From positions 23,439,217 to 23,503,216 of the forward strand of contig NC_057719.1 in the NCBI RefSeq assembly GCF_004010195.1: DNA of 64,000 nt, written 5' to 3'. Shown piece by piece: positions 1 to 12,147 of the stretch. The DNA is from Chiloscyllium plagiosum (Eukaryota). A program made the position numbers and the translations under genes. The number at the start of each line of letters is the position of its first letter. Position 1 is the first letter of the stretch. The notes below the pieces were generated by a model. It made no database searches. It was not told the origin of the DNA and saw only the letters and a program-made list of their open reading frames with translations.

Positions 1-766
1 AGAGGGCACAGTGTAGAATGAAGCAGGTGGCAGATAAAAACTCTAAGACTCGGACGTTTTCCCGAGTGGATGACATGTTAGTACTGTCACCAGTGATAGA
101 AAATCCCTTCAAAGCCAGGTTTTGTGGTCTCTATCAAATTGAGAAAAAGTTGAGTTGGGTAAACTATCCAGTAAAGATGCCAGATAGAAATAAAGGTATT
201 GGGTATGTCATGTGAACATGTTGAAACGGCATTGTACGAGAGAGAAAGAACTGGAGAAATAGGTGTTAGTTACTCCCCCCGCAGAGTGAAAAATCATATC
301 CAGATGATGTGGATTTTGATGTGCCTCAAAGTAGATTAAAAAATGAAGAAGCCCTTGGGGAGTGGGATAGATTAGTAAGCTATCTGTCTCAGGAGGATAG
401 AACACAGTTGAAAGATGTATTACTGCAGAATAAGGACATATGTAAGAATCAGATGCAGAGGGCTAATGTTATTGTACATGAAGTAGACGTAGGGAGTACT
501 GTTCCGATAAAACAACACCCCTATTGGTTTAATCCTTTCAAAGTCAAACAGGTCCAGAAGGAGGTGGAGGCCATGCTCAACAAGGACATGATTGAACTAA
601 ACTAGAGAGAATGGAGTTCGTCGATCATCTTAGTTCCCAAACTGGACAGTACTCAACGATTCTGTGTGGATTATCGGAAGCTCAAAGCAGTTATAAAATC
701 AGACTCATATCCAATTCCTAGATTGGAGGACTGTATCAAGAAAGTCGGACAAGCCCGTTACATCAT

Positions 767-1074
767 GGGCGGCACGGTGGCACAGTGGTTAGCACTGCTG
801 CCTCACAGCGCCAGAGACCCGGGTTCAATTCCCGACTCAGGCGACTGACTGTGTGGAGTTTGCACGTTCTCCCCGTGTCTGCGTGGGTTTCCTCCGGGTG
901 CTCCGGTTTCCTCCCACAGTCCAAAGATGTGCAGGTCAGGTGAATTGGCCATGCTAAATTGCCCGTAGTGTTAGGTAAAAGGGGTAAATGTAGGGGAATG
1001 GGTGGGTTGCTCTTCAGCGGGTCGGTGTGGACTTGTTGAGCCGAAGGGCCTGTTTCCACACTGTAAGTAATCTA
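767..1074 (+). mobile_element. HE1 SINE (tRNA-derived V-SINE), full length, inserted in Gypsy RT
   Basis: A box TGGCACAGTGG, B box GGTTCAATTCC, central GGTGAATTGGCCATGCTAAATTGCCC, tail CCGAAGGGCCTGTTTCCACACTGTAAGTAATCTAA; ATCAT repeated at 762-766 and 1075-1079. Confidence 0.93.
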
Positions 1075-2108
1075 ATCATCAAGTTGGACTTAATGCATGG
1101 TTACTGGCAAGTCCCTTCATCAGAGACGGCGAAAGAAATTTCTGCATTTGTAACCCCAAATGGGCTATATCAGTTTAAAGTGATCCTTTTGGAATGAAGA
1201 ACGCACCCGTCATATTCCAAAGACTCATGAACAGAGTTATGACTGGGTTAACAAACTACACAGTCTATTTGGATGATGTAGAGATCTTTAGTAAGTCCTA
1301 GAAAGATCACATGGTACAGTTGGCAGACTTCTTTGAATCACTATGAGAAGCAAAACTGGTGATAAACGTAAATAAAACTGAATTCGCAAAAGCAGAGGTG
1401 ACATTCTTCGGCCATAACATCGGTCATGGAAGGTTGATCCCACGGAGCGCAAAGACCAAGGCCATCGAGGAATTTCCATGACCCACCTCGAAGAAAGAGG
1501 TGCTTTGATTCTTAGGATTCAATGGATTCTATCAGAAGTTTGTTCCAAACCTCAGCAGTGTAGTGGCATTGTTAACTGATTTGCTGAAGAAGAACACAAA
1601 GTTTCGGTGGACAAAATAATGCCAGGAGACATTCGACCATTTGAAATCAATATTAACCACCAAACTAGTTTTAGCTACACCAAACTTTTCAAATCATTCA
1701 AAGTTGCCATCGATGCTAATGACATAGGAGTTGGAGCTGTACACCTACAGGAAGATGAGGATGGGATTGAACTGCCGGCTGGTTACTTTTCAAAGAAGAT
1801 CAACATCCACCAGAGGAAATACTTCACAATCGAAGAAGAACTACTGAGTTTGGTACTGGCCGCACAACATTGTAATGTGTATGTCACGAACAATGTGTTG
1901 GAGACGGTTGTGTACACGGATCACAATCCGCTTACATTCTTAGAACACTTTAAAGGCAAGAATATGAGTCTATTTTGTTGGAGTCTTATGTTACAGACTT
2001 TTAATTTAAAAATCGTATAGGTTACGGGTCATAAGAATGTAATCGCAGATGCGTTATTGCGGATTTAACTGATAAAGTTTAGATGAGATTTGTATTTATT
2101 CAGTGCTT

Positions 2109-2136
2109 TATGTATATATATGTATATATATATATA
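2109..2136. repeat. (TA)n microsatellite
   Basis: TATGTATATATATGTATATATATATATA seen directly. Confidence 0.9.
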
Positions 2137-2242
2137 GAAGTTAAGGTGAACTTAGATTAAAGTTATTGGTATGTTAGAGTAATGTTTTTAAAGAATAGAA
2201 AAAATGAAGCCATGTTTTCATTATGATGTTTCATTTTTTCTT

Positions 2243-2252
2243 AAGGGGGAGG
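2243..2252 (+). other. Polypurine tract of the Gypsy element
   Basis: AAGGGGGAGG directly upstream of the LTR start and downstream of the RNase H stop. Confidence 0.8.
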
Positions 2253-2958
2253 CGTTATGAAGATGTGGGTGTACTGTACCTTTAAGAGAGCTAAAAGCTA
2301 ACAGAACTACCTGACAGCACCAACTGTTCTGAAGAAGATACAATGTAACATATGGCCAGCAGCGAGGGTAGCTGGTTGCCTTCAGACAAAAACAAAATTG
2401 AATTAGGCCAATCAGTTTAAATTATACACCCCCTCAAAAAAAACCAAACTCCAATCAAGTTTGAATTTAGTATATTGACAATATTAAAAGCCAATTACCT
2501 AATCCAATGCTTTGGGGGTATAAGACCAGGAAAAATTGAACAGTTAAGGGAGAACTGCCAAAAGACCAACAGATGTAGACTGCTAGTCAGAACTCTCTGA
2601 GAGGTACCTGTCTAGAGAAGGGGTTTGCACAGAGAAAAACCTCAGCACTGACCTAGAGAGCAACTCTACTGAAGAAAATAAAGAGAAGATTCGACCACTG
2701 GCTGGTTTTGAAATTTGAATTTTTCAGTAAATTATAATCAGGACTGGTATTATAGAAGGGAAATTAAAAGATAAGGTTGGGGAAGGAGTTGTAAATAATT
2801 GCTGGTTAATTATTCTCTGTTACACTTTAAAATATAAAATTGTTAATTTTTACTTTAAATAGTTCTTGGCCTCTCGAATTTTTAGATTACTGCACGGGAA
2901 AGATCCTTTCTGTGTTACTAGCTTAAATTAAACAGGAGGGTTCACCTATGACATAACA
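2253..2958 (+). mobile_element. 3' LTR (~706 bp) of the Gypsy element
   Basis: Begins CGTTATG (expected TGTTATG) right after the PPT and ends CATAACA, giving the inverted TG..CA termini; contains CCAAT and TATAA-like motifs. Confidence 0.8.
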
Positions 2959-2959
2959 G

Positions 2960-3270
2960 ACTCTATCACTCTATATCATTCTCCTGAATGAATTCTGATG
3001 CAAAGTACTCATTTAGGATTTTGCCTACATCCTCTGCCTCCAAACACAAGTTCCCTCCTTTATCCTTGAGTGGTCCTACCTTCTCCCTAGTTATCCCTTT
3101 GCTTTTTATGTATGTATAGAATACTTTGGGATTCTCTTTAACCTTACTTGCCAAGGCTTTTCATTTCCCCTTCTTGCTCTCCTAATTCCCTGACTAAGCT
3201 TTCTCCTTCTTTCTTAATATTTCTCTTGGGCCCTGTCCGATTTTAGTTTCCTAAACCTTACATATGCAAA
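2960..3270 (-). mobile_element. CR1 LINE ORF2 fragment
   Basis: ORF 2966-3154 (KENPKVFYTYIKSKGITREKVGPLKDKGGNLC..ILNEYFAS) matches the CR1 ORF2 linker also seen at 6630-6790. Confidence 0.85.
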
Positions 3271-3878
3271 TCTTGATTCTCCCTCTCACACCTAAAATAC
3301 TAAATCTTATCAGAGGCAGATTGCATATAGTGGACGGGATGGTTAAACTTTATCAGGAAACTTGGATGCCTGAATTTCCCTGTTAATTGTTGAGTTTTGA
3401 CTTCACAGTGGGTGGAGGCTTACTTTGATAGTTTCTTGCTTGTAAATAAACCTCATTCATGGAAACACAGAATTGTTATGCATAGAGGCAGGCCATTTTG
3501 TCCATCATGCCTGTACTTACTCTTCAAATAAGCATCATTATCGAGTGTCAATCTCGTGTGTTTTCCCCATACCCTTGCACACTTTTTCTATCCAAGCAAT
3601 CATTCAATGCCATCTCGAATGCCTCAATGAACCTACATCTACTGCACTTTCAGGCAGTGTATTCCATACGCTACTGAATGAAAACGGATTTTTTTCTCAC
3701 ACCACCCTTCTTTCTTTTGCAGATCACTTTTAATCTATGCTCTCTTATTTCTTTTAAGATAGGGATCAGCTTCTCCCTATCTACTCTTTCCAACCTGCTC
3801 ATGATTTTGTAAACCATTATTAAATCTCTCTCAGCCTCCCTCTCTCCAAGAAGAACAGTCCTAACTTCTTCAATCTAT

Positions 3879-4250
3879 GGGAGGGGAGACAATGGCCTAA
3901 CTGTATTAATGCTGGACTGTTAATCCAAAGATCCAAGTAATGTCCTGGGACCCTGGGTTTGAATCTGCCACAGCAGGTGGTAAAATTTAAATTCAATTTT
4001 AAGAAATTAGAATCTCTAGATGTCTAAGGTGGCCATGAATCCATTACCAATTGTTGGGAATAACCCATCTGGTTCACTAATGCCCTTTAGGGAAGGAAAC
4101 TGCCATCCTTACCTCGTTTGACCTACATGAGACTCCAGATCCATAACAATGTGGTTGACTCTTAACTGCTCTCTGGGCAATTAAGGACGGGCAGTAAAGG
4201 CTGCCGAGCCAGTAACACTTACATCGCGTGAATGAATAAAGAAAAAAAAC
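3879..4250 (+). mobile_element. Non-HE1 shark SINE family copy
   Basis: tRNA-like head (TGGCCTAAC..GGGTTTGAATC), core CCCATCTGGTTCACTAATG.CCTT.AGGGAAG.AACTGCCATCCT, tail GAATGAATAAAGAAAA; homologous to 33945-34290 and to minus-strand copies. Confidence 0.75.
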
Positions 4251-4289
4251 ACATCACTGGAGTTTCACATTCCTCTACCCATTCTTGTA

Positions 4290-4636
4290 CAGGTACACAA
4301 TCCTTTATCCGAAACCCCTGGGGCCAGCTGGTTTTCAGAATTTGGAATTTTTTGGGTTTTGGAATAAGTGACAGTTTCACGGTGAAATAAGAAAAATCTT
4401 ACCAAACAGCAGGCACACTTGTAAGTACTATGAGTGCTGAGACCGAATTGATGCCTACCAGTGCTGGGACACGCTGCCACATCACATCTGAGTGACGTGG
4501 GTCAAGTGGGTGTGGAGTTGGGTTAACTATTTGCACGCCAAACAACCTTGTTATGGAGAAAAGAACTTTGTGAAGAAAGCTTCGGATTTCTGAGCTTTTC
4601 AGATTTCGGGATTTCTGATAAAAGATTGTGTAGCTG
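4290..4636. mobile_element. Tc1/mariner (Tigger/pogo-like) MITE
   Basis: TIRs CAGGTACACAATCCTTTATCCGAAA / TTTCTGATAAAAGATTGTGTAGCTG, with TA on both sides (4288-4289, 4637-4638). Confidence 0.85.
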
Positions 4637-5344
4637 TAAATCATTTCTGCGCTCTCTTCAATGCATTGACATCTTTCCCATAGTGTGGCACTTACAACTG
4701 TACACAGTGGTCTTTGCCCTTGTACTCTATGCCATTATCGATAAAGCTGAGGACACAGCATGCTTTATTAACTGCTTCCTCCAACTGTCCTGTCACTTTC
4801 AATGATTTACATTCATATATACCCAGGTGCCTCTGCTCCTGAACCCTCCTTTAGAAGTGTACCCTTTATTTTAAATTCCCGTTAATGTTCTTCCCACCTC
4901 ACACCTGTTGATTGAAATTCTGTTTCCAGTTGACCAGGGAACATACTGCAGGAAGCTGAAGCTGCATATAATTCATATCTCATACCAGTAGGAGCATGGG
5001 GTGAGTCCTGATCTATGACCCTGGTGTGAGGGAAGGGCCTGATCTCCGACCCACGGTGGGAAAATCCAATTCCAGATCTGGAAGTGGCAGAGGTAGGGAT
5101 GGAGAGAATACTAATGTTAATGGGTCAACTGTGAGGGAGGGGGGAAGCTTTTGGGCACACTGCTAAAAGAGACATCTTCCAAAAGTTACTATCACATCTC
5201 CACAGCTGATGGCCTTCCTGGAAAAGTTGAAAACACAACTCTCTACATTAAACCTGCAAAGCATGTTACATTCACTCACCTCACTAAATTATTTAATTGG
5301 CCATTCCACCTCCTGGTGCAACTTGGTTTCTGCCTCTTTTCCTG

Positions 5345-8300
5345 TCTCAACCGGCTGCAAGGATGGTGCAGGAAGGAGGGTTTCAGATTCTTGGATAATT
5401 GGGGCTCATTCTGGGGAATGTGGGACTTGTACAAATAGGACAGTCTTCACTTGAACCAGAGGGGTATTAATGTCCTGGGTGGGAAATTTGCTGGTGCTAT
5501 TCGCTAGTAGGGGGATGGGAACTGGAGGTGTAGTTGCAGTGCACAGGAGGATGAGAGTAGGAAAGACAGGGACAGGATTTCAGGGTCACAGGAATGTGCT
5601 GGCAGACAACGAAGTGGTTTGAAATGTGTCTACTTCAACGCCAGAATATCCGAAATAAGGTAGGTGAGCTTGTAGCATAGATAGATACCTGGGACTTCGA
5701 TGTTGTGGCCATTTCGGAGACATGGATAGAGCAGGGTGAGGAATGGATGTTGCAGTTTCCAGGGTTTAGATCTTGCGTTAAGAACAGGCAAGGTGGTAAA
5801 AGAGGGGGAGGCGTGGCCTTGTTAGTCAAGGATAGTATAACGGTGGTTGAGAGAATGTTCAATGAGGACTTGTGTACTCAGATAGTGTAGGCTGAGGTTA
5901 GAAACAGGAGAGGAGAGCTCACACTACTTGGAATTTTTTATAGGCCTCCGCAGAGTTCCAGGGAGGTGGAAGAGAGGATTAGGAAAATTATTCTGGGTAG
6001 GAGTGAAAGGAACAGGGTGGTCATTATGGGGGACTTTAACTTCCCCAACATTGACTGGGAATGCTGTAACTCTAGTACGTCGGATGGATCAGTTTTTGTC
6101 CAATGTGTACAGGAGGGTTTCCTGACACAGTATGTCAAAGGGCCGACAAGAGGGGAGGCCACACTGGATCTGATGCTTGGTAATGCACAAGGGCAGGTGT
6201 TTCATTTAGTTGTAGGTGAGCACTTTGGAGAGAGTGACCATAATTCAGTTACGTTTAGTTTAGCGATGGAAAGGGATAGGTACATGCCAGAGGTCAAAAG
6301 TTATCGATGGAGCAGGAATTAGGATGCATAGAATGGGGTAGCAAAATGCTAAAGATGCAGACAATGGAAATGTGGAGCTGGTTAAAGGAACAGATATTGC
6401 GTGTCCTTTATAGTTATGTCCCTGTCAGGCTCGGAGGAAGTGATAGGTAAGGGAACCGTGGTTTACTACAGAAATTGCATTTCTTGTTACCAAGAAGAAG
6501 GAGGCTTATGTGTTGATGAGGCAAGATGGTTCAGATGAGGCGATGGAGAGTTACAGATCAGCTAGGAAGGATTTAAAGTGAGAGTTAAGAAGAGCAAAGA
6601 GAGGACACGAGCAGTCTTTAGCAAATAGAATAAAGGAGAATTCTAAAGCTTTCTATAGGTATGTGAGGAATAAAAGGATGATTAGGGTAGGAATAGGGCC
6701 AATCAAAGACAGAAGTGGGAAGTTGAGAGTGGACCCTGTGGACATTGGAGAGGTGTTAAACGAACATTTCTCATCGGTGTTCATTCAGGAAAAGGAGAAT
6801 ATTGCAGAGGAGAAGAATGAGGTACGAGATATTAGACTAGAAAGGATTGAGGTTAGGTTCGAACAGGTGTTATCAATTCTAGAAGGAATGAAAGTAGCCA
6901 AGTCTCCTGGCCCGTATGGGATTTATCCGGGGATTCTCTGGAAGCTAGGGAGGAGATAACAGAGCCTTTTGGCTTTGATATTTGAGTCATCATTGTCTAC
7001 AGGTTTGGTACCAGAGGACTGGAGGATTGCAAATGTTGTGCCCTTGTTCAAGAAGGACAGTAGAGATGACCCAGATAATTATAGACCAGTGAGCTTTACT
7101 TCTGTTGTAGGAAAGGTTTTGGAAAGGATTATGAGAGATAAGATTTATAATCATCTAGCAAGCAACAATTTGATTTCAGGTAGTCAACATGGTTTTGTCA
7201 AAGGCAGGTCGTGCCTCACAAACCTCATTGAGATTTTTGAGAAGGTGACCAAGCATGTAGATGAGGGTAGGGCAGTTAACGTGGTATACATGGACTTCAG
7301 TAAAGCCTTTGATAAGGTTCCACGTGGTAGGCTGTCGGAGAAAATGCAGAGGTATGGAATTGAGGGTGATTTAGCAGTTTGGATTAGAAACTGGCTTTCT
7401 GAAAGAAGGCAGCAATTGGTGGTTGATGGAAAATATTCAGTCTGGAGTCTGGTTACTAGTAGTGTGCCACAAGGATCTGTTTTGGGACCACGGCTGTTTG
7501 TCATTTTTATAAATGACTTAGATGCAGGCATAGGTGGTTGGATTAGTAAATTTGTAGATGACACTAAAGCCAGTGGAGTAGTGGACAGTGTGGAGGAATG
7601 TTACAGGTTGCAGGGGGACTTGAATAAACTGCAGAATTGGGCTGAGAGGTGGCAAATGGAATTCAATGTAGCTAAATGTGAGGTAATGCACTTTGGGAAG
7701 AATAACAGGATGGCAGAGTACTGGGTCAATGGAATGATTCTTGGTAGTGTGGATGTGCAGAGGGATCTTGGAGTCCATGTACATAGATCCCTGAAAGTGG
7801 ATAGTGCTGTTAAGAAGGCATACGGTGTGTTAAGTTTCATTCATAGAGGGATTGAGTTCCGGAGCCACAATATCAAGCTGCAACTATACAAAACGCTAGT
7901 GCGGCCATACTTGGAATATCGTGTACAGTTCTGGTCCCCATATTTCAGGAAGGATGTGGAAGCATTGGAAAAGGTGCAGAGGAGATTTATCAGGATGTTG
8001 CCTGGTCTAGAGGGAAGGTCTTATGAGGAAAGGCTGAGAGACTTGAACCTGTTCTCATTGGCAAGAAGAAGGCTAAGAGGGGATTTGATAGAGACATACA
8101 CGATGATCAGAGGGTTAGATAGTGTAGACAGTGAAAGTCTTTTTCCTAGGATGATGACGTCAGCATATATGAGTGGGTATAACTACAAATTGTGGGGTGA
8201 TCAATTTAAGATGGATGTCAGAGGCAGGTTCTTTATACAGAGAGTGGTAAGGGCATGGAATGCATTACCTGTTAATTTAGTCAATTCAGCCACATTAGGG

Positions 8301-8442
8301 AGATTTAAATAGTCCTTAGATAGGCACATGGATGATTTTGGGATAGTGTAGGGGGACAAGCTGAGAGTAGTTCACAGGTCGGCGCAACATCGAGGGCTGA
8401 AGGGCCTGTTCTGCGCTGTATTGTTCTATGTTCTATGTTCTA
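5345..8442 (+). mobile_element. CR1 (HER1-like) LINE, 5'-truncated in ORF1
   Basis: ORF1 esterase C-terminus (LQGWCRKEGFRFLDNWGSFWG..LHLN), APE motifs (VYFNAR, AISETW, MGDFNFPNIDW, SDHNSV), RT domain, 3' tail GGGCTGAAGGGCCTGTT..(TTCTATG)n. Confidence 0.95.
6969..8312 (+). pseudogene. CR1 ORF2 reverse transcriptase segment (447-aa open frame of a disrupted ORF2)
   Basis: VPEDWRIANVVPLFKK, NYRPVS, QHGFVKGRSCLTNL, YMDFSKAFDKV, VPQGSVLGP, KFVDDTK; upstream ORF2 has stops and frameshifts. Confidence 0.9.
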
Positions 8443-10528
8443 AAGTGGCAGGTTGCGGCTGAGATTCAAATTTTAAAATGTTTTAACATCTCATTCGATG
8501 TTTATCCAATCATTTTTATAGGTAAGATTGAGCCCAAACCCCTGTGGAGATCTATACCTAAAAACCAACACCCTATTGCCATCAGATATGATTGTTCTGT
8601 CATATATCCAGAAAGGTCTTTGTCACTAAATGAATCATCCATGAGATGATTGTGACTTAGGCCGATAATGTTAAATGGTGATATTAGATCTGCTTTGCAA
8701 TTTACACATCTCTCCTTGTGTTCACTCCCATTGACTTCAATTGAGAGAAAAATTGCCCAAGGTTAAAACTTGCCTTGTATGGGATTGAACTTAGATGCAA
8801 ACGTGTCACACCTATTTGAACTTTCCTCTTCATTTTGGCCTCATAAACGCATTGATGAGGCAGCTCTGGTGCATAATAAAACAACATACTGCAGTTAGAT
8901 GAAATACCATCCCTTGGGATTATACAGGTCTTCTGAATAATTTAATGTACATTAAGACTTGCATAAATAATCCAATTTTCCATTTTACAATGGTAATTGC
9001 TGGTTGTGAAATGTATTATATAATTGCAATTTTTTTTTGCATTTTTATTTATAGACCATAATTTGGGTTGCGCAACATTGATTTAAGGAGAATTATGTTT
9101 TTCTTTTGAAAGTAGACCTTTTTTAAAATGAAATTGTTTTTATCCACTTTCATTCTATTCAGGTCTGTTCTTTGTATAAATTTGTAAATCCCAGTTACAC
9201 AGTTTCCTGCAGCTTGTCTGCCTACAATGTTTAAGTATCAACTTGCCTGTAATGGAATTTTTTATTTTCATTTTGCTTCAGCAAGAATAAAATGCTCCAT
9301 CCAGTCATGCATTGATAATATTGATGAAAGGTCAGAAAATGTATGATGAATGAACTAAAATATCTGTGAAGCTTAATCAGGATCACAGCATTAAGCTTTG
9401 CTACAGCCTGCATGTTCCATGTCAGTGATCCCTCTATGCATGATCAGTAGTCCAATCACAAAACACAAAGCCAAAAATTGTTCTGATGTTTTGATTAGCT
9501 GTTTATTCTCATACAGTCCACGAGTTACAGATGATTATGAAATTGAAGATATTTCAAACCATCATATCTATCCAGCGGTTATCATAGTCATATAATAAAA
9601 GTCCTAAAATATTAAAAAGTGTGAGAAATATTGACTAATTTTCTGTTAATAATTACATTAGATGCAGTTTCAATTGCTATTCCTGTTCTTTTTTTACCAT
9701 TGTGTCAGCTGTATTAGATGACATTTCAATGATGCCCTTTACATATCTTGGTAGGTGAAGCACTTAACTTCAAATTTATTCATATCAAGAGAAAATGTTT
9801 CACCAAATTGGCCATATTGACTTGTGAACACATATAACACCTTGAAAGGTTACATGACTCACAATATATATTAATTCAATTCCATTATTTTAGGAGCAAA
9901 TAGAAACCACTCAGAATGAGCAGGCAGAGGTGTTAGGTTCTAAATAAATATCGGTTGGTTTTGTTCGCTTGTGAGTATAAGTAGCTACAAATTAGAAACA
10001 TGAGCACAATCCACCTTCAAATCTTTCACTGCCAATGTTAACAGAAGTGGGAAGCAGTACTTTCATGAGAGACTGCATGCCAAATTCTAACAGTGATTCT
10101 ATTTTCAATCCGACAGTGAATACACATTAATATCTGTGAACCATGAATAAGACCTGATGGCTGCTGGATTTGGTTTTCCATGTCAAGTACTTGGTGGAGG
10201 ACAGAAACTAAGCAACGATGTGGTGAGCAGTTAGAAAAGGAGATAGCAGCCCCATGGAAGTGAAAAAAAACCACAACTCTCTCTTATCGCCTGGTGGAAT
10301 TTGGGAACTTTTTTTAATAGTTCCATCCTCAATATTTAGACTACTATTGCCAACCCAAAAGAAAAGTAAAGCTGTGACCTCTATTCAAAGGCTTGTGTCT
10401 AACTGGATTTCCATCCAAGTTAAAGCTTACTATGAAAGATTTCCTATCCATCTAATGTTGTCAGAGATTCAGCTTGGTCCACAGGAGTCACCATTTCCAA
10501 AAACATTCAACAAACGTTATCCTTTTGA

Positions 10529-10556
10529 TCTGTTTCCACACCGTAAGTAATCTAAA
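10529..10556 (+). mobile_element. Very short HE1 3' tail fragment
   Basis: CTGTTTCCACACCGTAAGTAATCTAA nearly identical to the HE1 tail at about 1050-1075. Confidence 0.6.
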
Positions 10557-11177
10557 AAAAAGTTCTTTCCTATTTTAAAAAAAATCCTTCAGAGCTTATT
10601 GTCATTTTGCATCATGTGAACCTGTTTGTATGGGATTAAATAGATATAGTTCTAGATCCAGGTAATAGTTTAATTTTTAACCTGTTTTCACAATTGTTAT
10701 AGAAATAAATAGATTGCTTTTCAGTGTGTTAAAGAAATCTGGTGGAAGCATCTGCAATTCTGTGTAGTGGTGTACAAGGAGTAGCAATTCGCCATTTAGT
10801 GAAAGCATTAACACATTTGTAATAATGATTGCTGGAGTAGTGGGGCTTCATTATCAGCACATCCCTCCCAGTACAATAGGAACAGATTGCAGAAACAGTG
10901 ACCTTGTTACTATAGTTATTGAATCCTCCTCCCAGCAATATGCAGAGGAGCCACCTGTGGTGGTGTGGATTCAGATTGGTTCACCTGGGGAGTTGAGCCT
11001 ATGTCCTCATCAATATTCAACTGAATGCAAGATTTTTTTAAAAAGCTGCCTAGTCCTGCTTGCCAGTCTAATGGTCACCTACTTCCATCACTGACTGCAC
11101 AGTCTTAAACTGCAAATGACCACATCATGAACCTGTTATGTTAATGTCAACCTCACAGACATATGCAGTGATACCGA

Positions 11178-12136
11178 TACTGAGGTTCTACCTGGCCCTG
11201 GTGTTGTGAAGGATGGGTTTGTGCTGCTGTGGAATGCTCTGAGTAGTTGGACTGTTCTGTATCACCTGTCCTTTGTGGAGAAGTTTATGAAGAAAAGCAC
11301 CTTTGACCACAAGTCCATCAGGAAGTGGTCAGCACGTAGTGTCCTTGAGACCCTTTGGGAAAAGGAGAGGGCGGATCCTATTGAGCGGTTCCCTGAGCAG
11401 ACTGTCAAAGCCATTTGGCAGAATGCCTCATTGCCAGAACTTTCCAACAAGCACCAAGACATGGCTTGGCTGGTAGTGAGAAGGGCTCTGTCTGTGAGAT
11501 CCTTTATGCACGCCCGGACCCTCAGCCGCACCGCACGCTGCCCTTGAAGCGGCTGCGGGGGGGACGAGACTGTCACACACATCCTTCTGGAATGTGCCTA
11601 CGCAGAAGAAGTCTGGAGAGGAATGCAGTGGTGTTTGTCGAGGTTCGTCCCAAGCAGCGCCGTGACGCGGGACTCCATGCTCTACGGTCTGTTCCCCGGG
11701 ACGCACACCGAGACGAACATCAACTGTGCCTGGAGGATCATCAACTCGGTGAAGGACGCTCTCTGGACGGTCCAAAACCTGTTGATCTTACAGCTGAAGG
11801 AGTTGACCCCGACTGAGTGTTGCAGACTGGCACATTCCAAGGTCCAGGACTACGTGTTGAGGGACGCACTGAAGCTTGGGGCAGCTGCCGCCAAGGCGTG
11901 GTGGGGAAAGACCACCGTGTAACATCTGCCTGCCTAAAGAAGAACAGGGGGCCCACCCAGTCATTTGGGCTCTGCTGATGCCTCAGCTAAAAATGTAATT
12001 GTACAGACCTGTAAATAGGAATGATTACTCTGTTTTCCTGTAAATGTAAATGGAATGTTTACATATGTATGGCATGTCCAACTGTACAGACCATTAAAGT
12101 ATTTTATGAATAAAGTATATTTTGATATAAAAAAAA
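11178..12136 (+). mobile_element. Tx1-type (L1 superfamily) LINE, 3' fragment (copy 1)
   Basis: Aligns to about 14821-15803; zinc-knuckle-like region (GCGGDETVTHILLEC), AATAAA and a poly(A) tail. Confidence 0.9.
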
Positions 12137-12147
12137 GGTCACCCAGT

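Larger units (their letters stand above)
1..2252 (+). mobile_element. Decayed Ty3/Gypsy LTR retrotransposon internal region (pol), Gmr1-type order INT-RT-RNase H
   Basis: 18-235 reads as an integrase C-terminal GPY/F module (FKARFCGLYQIEKKLSWVNY..MPDR, then CHVNMLK in a shifted frame). RT motifs follow: PIKQHPYWFNP, VDYRKL..DSYPIPRLEDCI, KLDLMHGYWQVP, VYLDDV. RNase H comes next: FKVAIDANDIGVGAV, YFSKK, VYTDHNPL, GHKNVIADAL. Multiple stops and frameshifts. Confidence 0.88.
3455..4900 (-). mobile_element. Old CR1-like LINE 3' fragment, interrupted by a SINE and a MITE
   Basis: Degenerate reverse complement of a CR1 3' region (e.g. CTCTCCAAGAAGAACAGTCCTAACTTCTTCAATCT); it resumes on both sides of the inserts. 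Confidence 0.6.

Noticed and set aside
767..850. tRNA genes (A/B boxes here and in other HE1 copies)
   Set aside because: These are tRNA-derived SINE heads continuing into the V-domain and LINE-like tail.
763..1059. Recurrent ORFs containing CGRKPEHPEETHADTGR
   Set aside because: Translations of the HE1 SINE antisense strand, not proteins.
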